Shown one piece after another: positions 12,801 through 22,900 of a stretch of 64,000 bases of DNA (position 1 is the stretch's first letter; each line of letters opens with the position of its first letter). The notes beneath the pieces are model-generated. The model worked only from the letters and a program-made list of their open reading frames with translations, did not search any database and was not told the origin of the DNA. Both the position numbers and the translations under genes were made by a program. Source of the stretch: Phoronis australis (Eukaryota; Animalia; Phoronida); the NCBI GenBank assembly GCA_002633005.1, contig NMRA01000253.1, positions 11,251 to 75,250 on the forward strand, given 5' to 3'.

Positions 12801-15160
12801 GCCACGTTCTTGCACACACAACTATTAATCAGCGACTGGCTTGCCCGCGTGTATCAGAACTGTATAAATCACAACGCTGCGATACTAAATCATGGAACAA
12901 CTGGATTGTAAGTGTGAAATATTGTAGTAATATATTCTTACAATAAACCTATGTATTATTCACCAACTTTTAGTTTTCAATATCACCCTCAGTCCGCACC
13001 GGGTTCGTAAAATCGGGGCGCCTTGGTTGTAGATGCCGCCCCCGTTACACCAGTATGACAAGAAGCAGGCCTAATTATCTCCCAGGCTTCAAAGGGTTAT
13101 TGAAAGCTGGCAGAAAAGATTGTCTACATTTCTGTTGAAGTTGGGCAATTTTGGTGATTCAAAAACTAAACATGATCAGCATTTGACAAGGAATTCAGAA
13201 ATGCTATTGGTTTATGTTCAAATATGTTATAACTTAGCTTTCATTTTTAGCAGCACAGTCCAGTCAGGCTGATACGATCTGATCGGAGATTAGAGCAATT
13301 ATCAAACAAAAGAGAGCTGGCCCTCCAACCATAAATACTAGAGTGGAGTTAATCAGTCGTGTAAGATATTGGCTACAGGGGTGATCTTCCCAAATTGTTG
13401 TTGGGCTATAGAATCGAACAAGGGAGCAATGGGAAAACACCGTAATGTGGTCAGATATTCATCAACGCATAGTGATTATAGAGCTTACAGTCCCTTGGGA
13501 GGAAGGATGCAAAGAGACCCATGAGAGGAAGTTATCTATTATAAGTACAGCGAGCTGGCGGAGACATGCAGACCTCAAGGCTGGCGGAGTTGGTTCCATG
13601 CAAGATCTATATGGTGGTTGCTGGAAAAGCTCGGTGTGCGAGGGGAAGGAAGAAAGCTGCGGTGAGAAGACTGGGTGAGGCAGCTGAGAGGACATCTTGT
13701 TTGCTGTGGTACCATCGGAATCAAGAAGGAAGTTGGAGGCCTCAGTGATGCACAGTGGGTTGGCTGCCAGTGTGGCCCCACCAGTGGAGACCGTTATGGT
13801 TTAGGGTCGAAATGAGTCAAGGAAGCTGGATGCCATATGACGACATCCGAAGCTACACCTTCAATAGTTAGTGTATGGGAGACAGAGGACCCTGGTTCAG
13901 GTAGCTACTATGAAGAGGGGGCGACAAGACGTCAGACTGCATACGAATCCTGACAACTATTGATGCACATAACATCACCGTAAGCACACTATATCGGCAA
14001 GTAGGTACTGTGCAATGACCATCGCCTCTGTTGGCCCGAACCAGAGGCGATGCAGAGGCTATAGGCGCTCTGTACGCCAGAAGCTTTTCGGCGAATTATG
14101 CCTCGCACCGACTAAACCATCAAAGTCACGTTGTTATAAATACCTTTTGCGCATAGAGGAACACCTGAGGAGGATGTCGATGTGTTTAATTCCTTCCAAC
14201 TCGAACAAATACTCCTATTATCAAACTTTTTCTTCGAGCAGTCCCTATTTCAGTTCCCAAAATCGTGAACTCACCATTTTTATACTGCGCACGCTCCAAT
14301 TTTTACCGCGCTCGCTAGGTGATGTGACTTCATGACCTCAATCTTTAANTATAGACTAGAGTAATTGAGGGTCGTGAAAAGGATTTGTACGGATAGCCAG
14401 ATGTCTGAGGAATGCAGCGATACCAAAATCATTCATTTAGACCTACATTTAGTGGATTTATTTGGAATAAGTTAGGGTCCATTATATCCGACTAGTGCCC
14501 TTTGATGGTTTAGTCGGTGCGAGGCATAATTCGGCGAAAAGCTTCCGGCGTACAGAGCGCCTATAGCCTTTGCATCGCCTCTGGTTCGGGCCAACAGAGG
14601 CGATGGTCATTGCCTAAGTAGGTACATGAAATGCATTTTGACACTTGACCGATATGTTGTTTAGTTTTTGTACGTCAGTGCTATGGTTTGCTATGTTTTC
14701 TTTTTTACAAAAACTGCTTTGGTTAGGTAAAAAAATATATGAGGTTTGTATGCATTTTTCTGCTCACAATAGGACTATTCTCTGAAAAGTTTACTGATGA
14801 CATACCTGGTATTGACACACCCTCACCCGGAGCACACATCTTCAATGGTGGGCAGAAGTCATTTGCGCTGTCCAGATAATGATCCTTCTTGCATTTACAC
14901 TGAGCATCGTTGGTCGGCGAGCATAATCTCTCATACTCAAAGTTATGCTGAACAATACACACACGACATTCTTTGCAACGTGTATTGTTGTTGTATTTGT
15001 CATTAAAGTATCCCTCGGGACACGGAGCACAACACGATTCCCATAGAACACAACCTCTAATACGGTAATAACCGGGTTCACAGAAAGCTGGTTTAGTACC
15101 TTTAACGACATGAGCAATCGACAGGAGGATGAGGACACTTTTCGTGGCTAGAAATTTCAT
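3165..15160 (-). CDS. TNF receptor superfamily member, about 342 aa, four CRDs, single TM helix, no death domain; two coding exons
   Basis: Exon 1 15160-14806 encodes a signal peptide (MKFLATKSVLILLSIAHVVKG) and CRDs (CEPGYY..CCAPCPEGYFN..CKECRVC..CSPTNDAQCKC..CAPGEGVSIP), ending at a phase-1 G|GTATG donor. Exon 2 3838-3165 follows a tttccAG acceptor in matching phase and completes the CRDs (ATFNTSNECAECKEGQFS..CINHKDC..GSKMSDVIC), then a TM helix (VAGYVIGAFIGGVSITVIIIFVILVW) and a P/S-rich tail. The splice joins the third CRD seamlessly. Confidence 0.9.
6036..7121. mobile_element. Non-autonomous Tc1/mariner (pogo-like) DNA transposon
   Basis: TA at 6034-6035 and 7122-7123; TIRs CCATATTTGCCCTAATAAGCGCCC / GGGTGCTTATTAGGGCGAATATGG. 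A related internal fragment recurs at about 16387-16465. Confidence 0.75.
6692..6885 (+). pseudogene. Decayed HIRAN-like domain gene inside the pogo-like element
   Basis: CGF*VYKEIWIPIEGDL, then frameshift to NNPFDKYTAPVLKGLTMVGHVPRKISKSFAFFLKHY*SLKCT; matches the HIRAN pattern RG.H.Y..IW.P..G..L....NP.D..AV.V.....VGHVPR..S. Confidence 0.65.
9508..13948 (+). mobile_element. Decayed non-LTR retrotransposon with RT and restriction-like endonuclease (HERO-like clade), in the TNFR intron
   Basis: Frameshifted, stop-riddled remnants in the expected order: GPSGIPYKTYKKCP, DTSVQK, CVEHTSVLSQLI, YGSIPHQLI, GHTISP, FMDDL, MKFKPRKSR, LPGKYKAW, WLGVPRSF, SITEEFKV; CCHC knuckle CQLCGGRGTLAHILSGC; RHDQVL; RPDIIL..WSD..IIELTVPWEE (PD-(D/E)xK endonuclease). 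Clade assignment is from motif style and is less certain than the class. Confidence 0.88.
12299..13049 (+). mobile_element. Solo-LTR-like sequence inserted into the retrotransposon endonuclease domain
   Basis: Starts TGTCATG and ends GTTACA; AATAAA near 12942; interrupts RPDIIL|WSD. No matching TSD found. Confidence 0.5.
14009..14616. mobile_element. MITE with about 120-bp TIRs and 9-10 bp TSD (Mutator-like); contains an N join
   Basis: TIR GCAATGACCATCGCCTCTGTTGGCCCGAACC...CATCAAAG and its reverse complement ending at about 14613; AGTAGGTAC at 14000-14008 and 14617-14625. Confidence 0.8.
14806..15160 (-). CDS. TNFR-like gene coding exon 1 (signal peptide, CRD1 to start of CRD3)
   Basis: ATG at 15160; TNFR cysteine spacing; GT donor at 14805-14804. 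Confidence 0.88.
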
Positions 15161-15750
15161 GATGGTAGTCGATGGGAAAACGGTGTTCTGCTTCTCGAGG
15201 TTCTAATTAGCTTTGCCTTTTGAAACCATGTGTCTGCTTTACAAACAGACGAAAAAAGAGGTACTTGGCGAGTTTGTACCTGGTATGATTTCGCGTGCAA
15301 GGAGACCACTGACCGTGGGAAAACCCCCGCCGATTCGAACTGTGAATCGATAGCTCGCTGGTTCCCTGCGTGCCGCTAGGTGGGGCGGTAGCCGCGCATG
15401 CTGGCTGGGCTAAGCACGCAGGGAACCAGCGAGGTGTCGACAGCATGTACCCGCAAATCTAGCAGGGATACACCACCGAGCGACAGTTAGAAGGTGAACA
15501 TCGTTATTTAGTCACATTGTGATTGAAAATTACGATAAAATATTACAAAAGTTATCATTTAATAGGTGAATATTAGAATTAGTGTATTTCAAAGTTCAAG
15601 CTTGAGCAAGTCTGCGAAACTAGTCTCATTATGACCGGAAGTACAAAACACGCTCATGCCTAAGATTTTATATTATCTTTGCTCATGCTTCAGAGCTATT
15701 TCATGCTTAAGTTAACACCGGCTTTCAAACATTACCAAACCGTGCCTAAC
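15161..15750. promoter_or_regulatory. Candidate shared (bidirectional) promoter between the TNFR-like gene and METTL13
   Basis: Divergent genes with a short, relatively CpG-rich spacer; ETS-type ACCGGAAGT at 15634-15642; kappaB-consensus GGGGTTTTCC on the minus strand at 15318-15327. Confidence 0.45.
15354..15432. repeat. Mini inverted-repeat element (CTCGCTGGTTCCCTGCGTGC termini); related end at about 518-557
   Basis: 20-bp inverted termini; 518-557 is the near-exact reverse complement of 15354-15393. Confidence 0.6.
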
Positions 15751-15751
15751 A

Positions 15752-15759
15752 ATGAGCAG
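15752..15759 (+). other. 3' end of a putative upstream METTL13 exon, possibly adding MSRSA in frame
   Basis: Strong donor CAG|GTGAGT at 15759/15760 and acceptor ttttttAG|G at 16986/16987. Splicing gives ATG AGC AG|G TCA GCG ATG AAT, in frame with the METTL13 start. Confidence 0.5.
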
Positions 15760-16046
15760 GTGAGTTTACAACACAAACAGGTAATTGTTTCCAATATGAC
15801 GACATTGACTTACACATACAGTCAACCCAAGTGACCTAATTATCGGACGTTTTGGCACATTTTGCATTATATTTAATTGTAAATATTACGGATTGTTGTA
15901 AATTCTTTGCTGAAATAAAGATTTACCTTCACGGAATTGTTCTGTTACTATATCTTGTCACTGAAAGCCACATTTATGTTTCGACTGATCTTCAAAAAAC
16001 ACAACAACCAAACCTTCGGAGAACCTAAATATCGGACACCATGCGT

Positions 16047-16178
16047 GCGTTCAGTAGACGCTAGGACCTACGCTAGAACCTAGCTAAAACCTAGTCAAAG
16101 TCACGTGTTCTTATCTAAAATACACGGCAATATCTCGCGAAGTCTTGCTTTTTAGCGAGGTCCTAGCGCTACTGAACG
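16047..16178. mobile_element. Short dispersed MITE; other copies at about 7258-7386 and 40441-40581 (inverted)
   Basis: TIR CGTTCAGTA(G)ACGCTAGGACCT / AGGTCCTAGCGCTACTGAACG; three recognisable copies in the window. Confidence 0.7.
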
Positions 16179-16993
16179 GGAGGCATGTTTCTCCATACGC
16201 CACACCGCGGAAAACTGACTAACCACGTAATAGCTGCGGGCACCTTGTCGCCAAATTTCAGCTCGAGTGTTTTGACATATATGTTGCTAGAACCCAGGTC
16301 CATTCGCAACAAAATTGTCCATAAAATAAAATCTTATGACGGCGCCAAGTCGTTTCGATGAATTAGTGCAGACGACTAAAGCACGNTATTTTAACCTAAG
16401 GCAATTGAAACCCGGTCTCGGAAACCTGTGAAATCGGAATCTGGGATTCATCAAATTTTACGCTCTGTGCTGACCACTAACAACTAGAAACCAGTTCTTT
16501 AGACAAAAGCATTCAAGCAGGTTGCAATTACGACCACTTTGAAGATTTAGACTGTGTGCTGCACGTGCATATTAGAGCACACAAAATTTATACTTTTTGT
16601 AGATCAAAAGTCAGCTGTGTCGTGTGGTATCTAAACAGGTCTTAAGCAAAATCAAACAGGTCGCGGTTTTTTAACAAGTCATGGAGAACACTGGTAACGT
16701 CTTCTCATTAAGTGGAGAAAGACGGGTGCCAAATTTGCTTTTTTGTTTTAGCACCCCCCCCCCTTTTTCCAGACTAAAACATTGAGGAATGCTGGAGGTT
16801 TCAGATGATATGTGGTTTTAACTTAAAAACAGGCCAAAACCTTTGAAATTGAGCTCTATTTATTGGCTTGTTGTGACTGTCCAGGCTCAAGAGTCAACAT
16901 CCTTTTCTTGTTCGTAACAGTTCATATCTTCCCATGCCTGTTGGTTACATTCCGTATAAACGTGAATGACTTGTGTAATTTTTTAGGTCAGCG

Positions 16994-19900
16994 ATGAATC
17001 TGTTACCTCAAACTCACACGGAGTTCTCGTCTGCCGAATATTGGGAAAAGTTCTTCAAGAAAAGAGGATCAAAAGCTTTTGAATGGTAAGTTGAACGGTC
17101 TTCTGACATACAATTCCTGAGCAGTGTGAGAGTGCCAAAAATTCCACTTTGTGAAATTTCCATGTAGCTCCTTCCAGTTCGGTGGTGAACTTTTGAGCAC
17201 GGAACTTATGTCCACAAAATACATTATCGCCATCTGTGAAATTGCGGTGCATTTTGTTAATCCAATTTTCAATATGCAAAGGAAAATTGGAAATGGAATT
17301 ATTGTTCGTAATATAGTAGCTGTGTGCAAAATGATAATGGTGATTTAAATTTCAAATTCACTATCCTTTATCAGTGGTTTCTAAGATCGGATATTGGTTC
17401 TTTGTTATAATTGCTGATTTTATAATATTAATGTTCGACATTCAATAAATAATATAATACTTGTGTCATACAGCCAATTGAAACTGTCGGAAAATCCAAG
17501 ATGGACGTTTAGTGCACATGAAAAATTGCAGTCAATTTTGCATCGGCTGCCTTGTGTAATGGTCACTAACTGCTGCTGTGGGTGTATTGTAAGGCACTGA
17601 CTTCTCAAGATTACATTCGGCTCGTTAAATGACCATAATTTTGCATTTTCAAAAGCAAAGAAATCGGTTTTGGCAAACATGTCGAAAATTCCTTTTCTTT
17701 CCATTTTGTATTATTGACAAATTTGTTTTGCTATAATTTCAAAGTGATCATTAACATAAAAATGAATATTTTTTCTGCTGTGTTACATTCTGCACTGGTT
17801 TATCGATAACTTCATGTAAGTCAGGATAATGTTTTTTCTAAACTGGAGAAGAATAGTGCCATCTTCAGAAAAAATTAACAACTACTTGAACAGGTCTACT
17901 GCGAAACGATTGTCAATCAATTTGTGACCAGAATTGTTGATTTGGATGGATTATACTCGATACACATGTTTTGGTGTTTGAATTTGTTATCTACTACTGA
18001 AATATGGAACTAACATCAGAAATCTCTAATTCCATGAAAGAAGTCAGATTCTGTGAATTTCGGTAATTCTCTGTTATCGTGGAAGAACATCAGGGTTGTT
18101 TAAGTTTGTCTGTTGCTCCCTGTAGGTATGGTGAGTATGTCCTGCTGTGTGGGGTCCTTCACAAGTACATCAAGGCAGCAGACAATGTTCTCATGATTGG
18201 CTGTGGCAACTCCCAGCTTAGTGCCGACCTGTACGATGTTGGCTATCATTCAATCACAAACATTGACATCAGTGAAGTGGCCATTCGACAGATGACGGAG
18301 AAGAATAGTGAGACACGACCGGACATGAAGTTCATTAAGATGGACATGCTGAACGTAGGTATCGCAACACTGAAGTTCTGTCACAGAATGGGTTGAGCAG
18401 GATTTTGATCATGGAGATAGTAACTAATGGGCTTAGTGGCTTAAATTTTTGCAGAGTGGTGTCGCTCACATGCAATGGGTCTTTTGAAATTGACGTACAA
18501 GGTCAATGAAAGCAGTTCTTTATGAACCCTATTTTCAGTCGTACAACTGTCTCGATTGGACTGTGTAACTATGGTTTTGGCTGTGAAGATAATTGTTTTA
18601 TTACCACTGATGGATTCTGAATAGCTGAGCCCTAAATGAGATAAGAAGCATATGGTGTGTAACAGCTGTATATGTGCAATATGACTGTGCTTAAAATGGG
18701 ATATTCAGTAATCTGTGTGTGGGCATTGATCTGAACGAGAGTGTTTAAATCGCAAATGTTTGAGAAGTCCAGGATGGACGTTGCCTTTACTGTTTTTGCA
18801 AACAAGTGCGATATTAGAATGCGCGTGAGTCAAAAGAGCTATTTCACGTCTCCTTTGAAGAGTGGATATTCTTCCCTAAAATAATGCAGGGTGCCACTAA
18901 AACTGACTCTTCGTTACACAATGGTATGCAAGTTGCATGCGTTTTGGGAGATAAATCGAGTCCTTTGGAGACAGGTGTTCTCATAGACATAATTTGACTG
19001 TGGGTGATAGAACATGGGCACACATTTTTCGGGAGAGCATTGAGCCGAACATGGGCCCTATTGAGGATGAAAATGAAGGAATTATGTGTTGGTCGGATTT
19101 TGACATTGCCTAGCCTGCCCTCTGGGGAACAGCTGAACATGGTATGTGCAGTGTTGGTGTGTCTCATTGGTGAGTGCAGTGTATCTCAATTAAAAGGTGA
19201 TGTGGTCAATCCCCGAGTGCTGCAGTCATGTGATTGTGTCCTTGAGCAAGGCACTTAAACTTCAGTCACCAGATGGCGTATGTGAATCATCCACTAGGTG
19301 GCTTATGTAGAACTGCCAAAGAATGTGTTGTGGAAAGTGATAACTGTTTGTGAGTCTGCTCAAAAATAGTTCTGCAAAGAAGGTAGAATTTATGAGGAAT
19401 AGATGCCGACAAAGTTGTCCAAAGCAGAAATGGTTGCTTGGCTTTACATTTGATGCATGATAATACAAGATAATGTGACAACTTTTTAATGTAAAAATAC
19501 TGCATCTGGTTATGTATGGAAATAATCTATGCTAATTGGCTTAACTGACTGTTTAAAATGAGAATCAGCCATGGCTGAGACTATCAGCAATAGACCAGTG
19601 CCATCTGGTTGATTTGAAAAGCTCGCCTGCATGCACTTCAGAAACTGGAATTAGCAACTAGCCTAATAAGCTTGATAGCTCGTGAGGGATTCACTTTTTT
19701 CTTAGAACGCACAGGAACCAGGGCTGAGGGCCTCCTCATGGAAAGATTTCAAACGGAAGCCTTAGTATGTAAAAAGACAAGTCAAATCTAGCTTAGGGTG
19801 ACCCGGGGTTGAAACCGCCCTTGGAGATTCAGAATGGGTTTTGGGAACAATTGAGAGGTCAAGTGAGGGCCACTAGATATATTTGATTTGTTAATGATGG

Positions 19901-22900
19901 GAACAATCCTTGTATCTTCAGTCAGTTTTAATGAACATTTATTTAGTTTCCTTTTGAAAATTGATGTAAATGGGCAATGTGATTTGTTTGAAAATCACAA
20001 ATTAATGCAAAGGAGAATGGTCTTTCCAAACAAAAGGGTAATGATAATATCTGTGTTATTTCATGCATCAAGCCAGGAAAAATAGCTTTTAATGTCAGGA
20101 CTGTGTGAATTTGCAAAAGGTATTTGTGTTTACAATGTATTTAAAATTTTTCTCTTTATTTTAGATGACATTTGAGGATGCCTCATTCAGTGTCGTACTT
20201 GACAAAGGCACATTAGACGCGGTCATGCCCGATTCCAGTGACGAAGTGATTAGTCGGGTAGAAGCCATGTTCTCTGAGATTGAGCGAGTGCTGAGGATGG
20301 GCGGCCGTTATGTGTGCATTTCACTGGGCCAAGAACACATCATCAAGAAAGCTTTTGCCCACTTCCATCAGCTGTACGTGTTAGCTGTTGTTGATTTCTG
20401 GAGCAACATTTTCTTTCACCATTCAGTTGCAACTAAAATCAAGTTTTTTTTTAACTATGGCTTATGTTATCTGAATTTTTTGCATTGTTTGGTTTAAAGG
20501 CGAAGGCAACCTTTTTTCATGTCATTTTGAGCTAAAATAAGGTTGGTTGGTTATCCTAGACATATTTTCCTCTTAATTACAGCTTTTCATAATTTTATTA
20601 ATTACTCGTCCTCTACTCCGGAAGTGACGTTTTAGGAGGCAAGCGTTTCCCGCCACTTGGTTTTGCGTTGAGTTTACCGTGCGATTCTGTTCTATTCTAC
20701 TTGTTTTGTGCTGTTGTCGCCACCACTTTCCATCAGCGAGTATTCTGCGGCAAGATAGGTTAGTAGAGAACTCAACTACGTTGGATTTAGGGATTGTTTA
20801 GTGTGTTGTAAGCTGAAAATGGCTGGAGTCGGTGACCCGTATCACAGTGACAGTAGTGTGAGTGACGGAGACCTTGTTCACAGCAGTGGTGACGAGGAAT
20901 TTTTTCACGGACATTCGGTGGGTACATGTTTGAGCCCGAGTATAACGAGGCAGAGTACGCACAGGCACAAGCAGCTGTTGAGAGAAACGAGGCGGCTACT
21001 GAGGACAGACGTGGTGACACATCTTGGTGCAAATGCACTGTGTGCGTTGTTATGCCTACCTCAATGGAATGCTTGTGCTGTTCAGAGTTCGACGAGGCCA
21101 AGCCACTTCTGGACATGGTTATGTGGACCTCCGGCATACCACGGACAGAGGAACAACTGTCCCACTTGCCAGAGTGTCCCGCGACACACTCCCACTGGAT
21201 GGTGACCTGAGCACCCAAACTGCTTACATCGTGTCGTGTGACTCCCTCGCCACACACCTGGCACCTTCTAAACAGCTCCAACACTTTAGAAAAGTCCACC
21301 AAACTTATCAAAGTTTGGCTCACCGATCTGTTCACTGGACGACGAACTGTCCTCTTCACTGGGTGTCGAACTGGGCCTGTAGTCACTCCCACTACTCAAT
21401 ATCGCTGCAGGGCTGCTTAGAGGCTCTGGGCTCGAGAAAACAGCACAGAGCGAATCACTACTGGTTCCAGGAATGGCACGCTCTGGGGTACGTTCGTAGG
21501 CACGGGTGACAGTGGATGAAGTGCCTCCACTGGCTCCAGTCACTGTACTGGCCACAGCTCGCGAGGGCTTCTCTCTTCAAAAACGCACTTCTCGGGGGTG
21601 GGGACGGGGCACTGCCGGCAATCAACACAAACGGAATGGCATCCTTCTTCAGGCGTTGTTTCGCAGGGACCTTCATCAGTTCAGCGTACAAATCCCTTTC
21701 GTAATCGTACGGCAGAAAGTGCTTGCCACACACACGGTAATTCCCGACTGCTTCGTACGTTGCGTGGACGGGTAACGCTGCGTTCTTCAAACGAACGAGC
21801 CAAGTACGGCGAAGTGTGTCATCCATCGGAAAGCGATGCTAAGGTAATCCCAAAGCGCGCGTTAGACGATAATTAGTACATCCCGGTACGCAGCAACAGT
21901 GTGGCATGTTGACTGACTAGTAAATGAAAGCAAGCGACGACGTAACTTAACACAACCGAGGTAGAACAATGACTGACTCGGCATCTCTCACACTCAGACT
22001 ATATGAAAAGAAATTGGCGCGAAATGCTTGCCTCCTAAAACGTCACTTCCTGAGTAGCGGACGAGTAATTAACAAAATTACAAAAAGCTGCAATTAAGTG
22101 GAAAATATGTCTAGGATAACCAACAAACCTTATTTTTGCTCAAAATGACATGGAAAAAGGTTGCCTTCGCCTTTAAGCTATGAGTTTTAATTCTGGTTGT
22201 TTTATTTACCCTTTCAAAGGTCAAATCTTTCTGACCCTAGTTCATTGTTTTCAGCTGAGATAATGCCCCGCCAGTTGAACTGCTTCAGTGCTGCTGCATC
22301 GGGATTTCTGTGGTAATATAAATGATTCACTTCTATGTGATGACAAGTGCATATAAACCATTACTATCTCCCCGTTTAGCTAAACACTGTTGCTGTCCCT
22401 GTATCTTTTCTAGGTTTTGCACACTTAAAAAAACTTTTACTTTTTTCAAACTCCTCTGATTCTCAAGAAAGTCAATGAACAAGTGCACATTTACATTAGT
22501 TGTACTGTTTTTTTAGTTACCCATTTCTTGCAAGTCAAAGTATCTTCTTGCATTGGTACATTAAAACTTTCAAAAAATTTAATCTTTAGAGCTCTATGTC
22601 AAAACTTGATGGAATGTAGCGCGATGCTCAAATGAAGCTTTCAACAATCTTGTCTTATGGAGAAGCCTCAATAAAAACTATGCTGCCTGCATTTTTGTTT
22701 ATATAGTTTTGCATTTTTGAACATTGGTGACATACAGGGTTCCAGATTTTGGAAATCATTCTAGTGCCCATTTTTGAGAAAACTGGTTCTCAAAATGGGG
22801 GACCCTTATAGGTGACTATTACTGCATTCCAGTGCTGGATACCTTAGCATAGAGTCACTGGCTAGCTACTGTTCTTGATACATCACGAACCGACTCTCTG

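Larger units (their letters stand above)
20498..22172. mobile_element. Kolobok-type DNA transposon, internally deleted (THAP transposase fragment on minus, KolX fragment on plus)
   Basis: TTAA at 20494-20497 and 22173-22176; about 160-bp TIRs (AGGCGAAGGCAACC... / ...GGTTGCCTTCGCCT); convergent genes typical of Kolobok. Confidence 0.85.

Noticed and set aside
518-15432. Composite transposon carrying the TNFR gene between inverted CTCGCTGG repeats
   Set aside because: The termini flanking the gene are oriented as the ends of two separate small elements, not as TIRs enclosing the gene; no TSD seen.
20787-21876. Dense cluster of overlapping ORFs on both strands, suggesting overlapping genes
   Set aside because: Explained by GC-rich Kolobok coding remnants and their antisense shadows.
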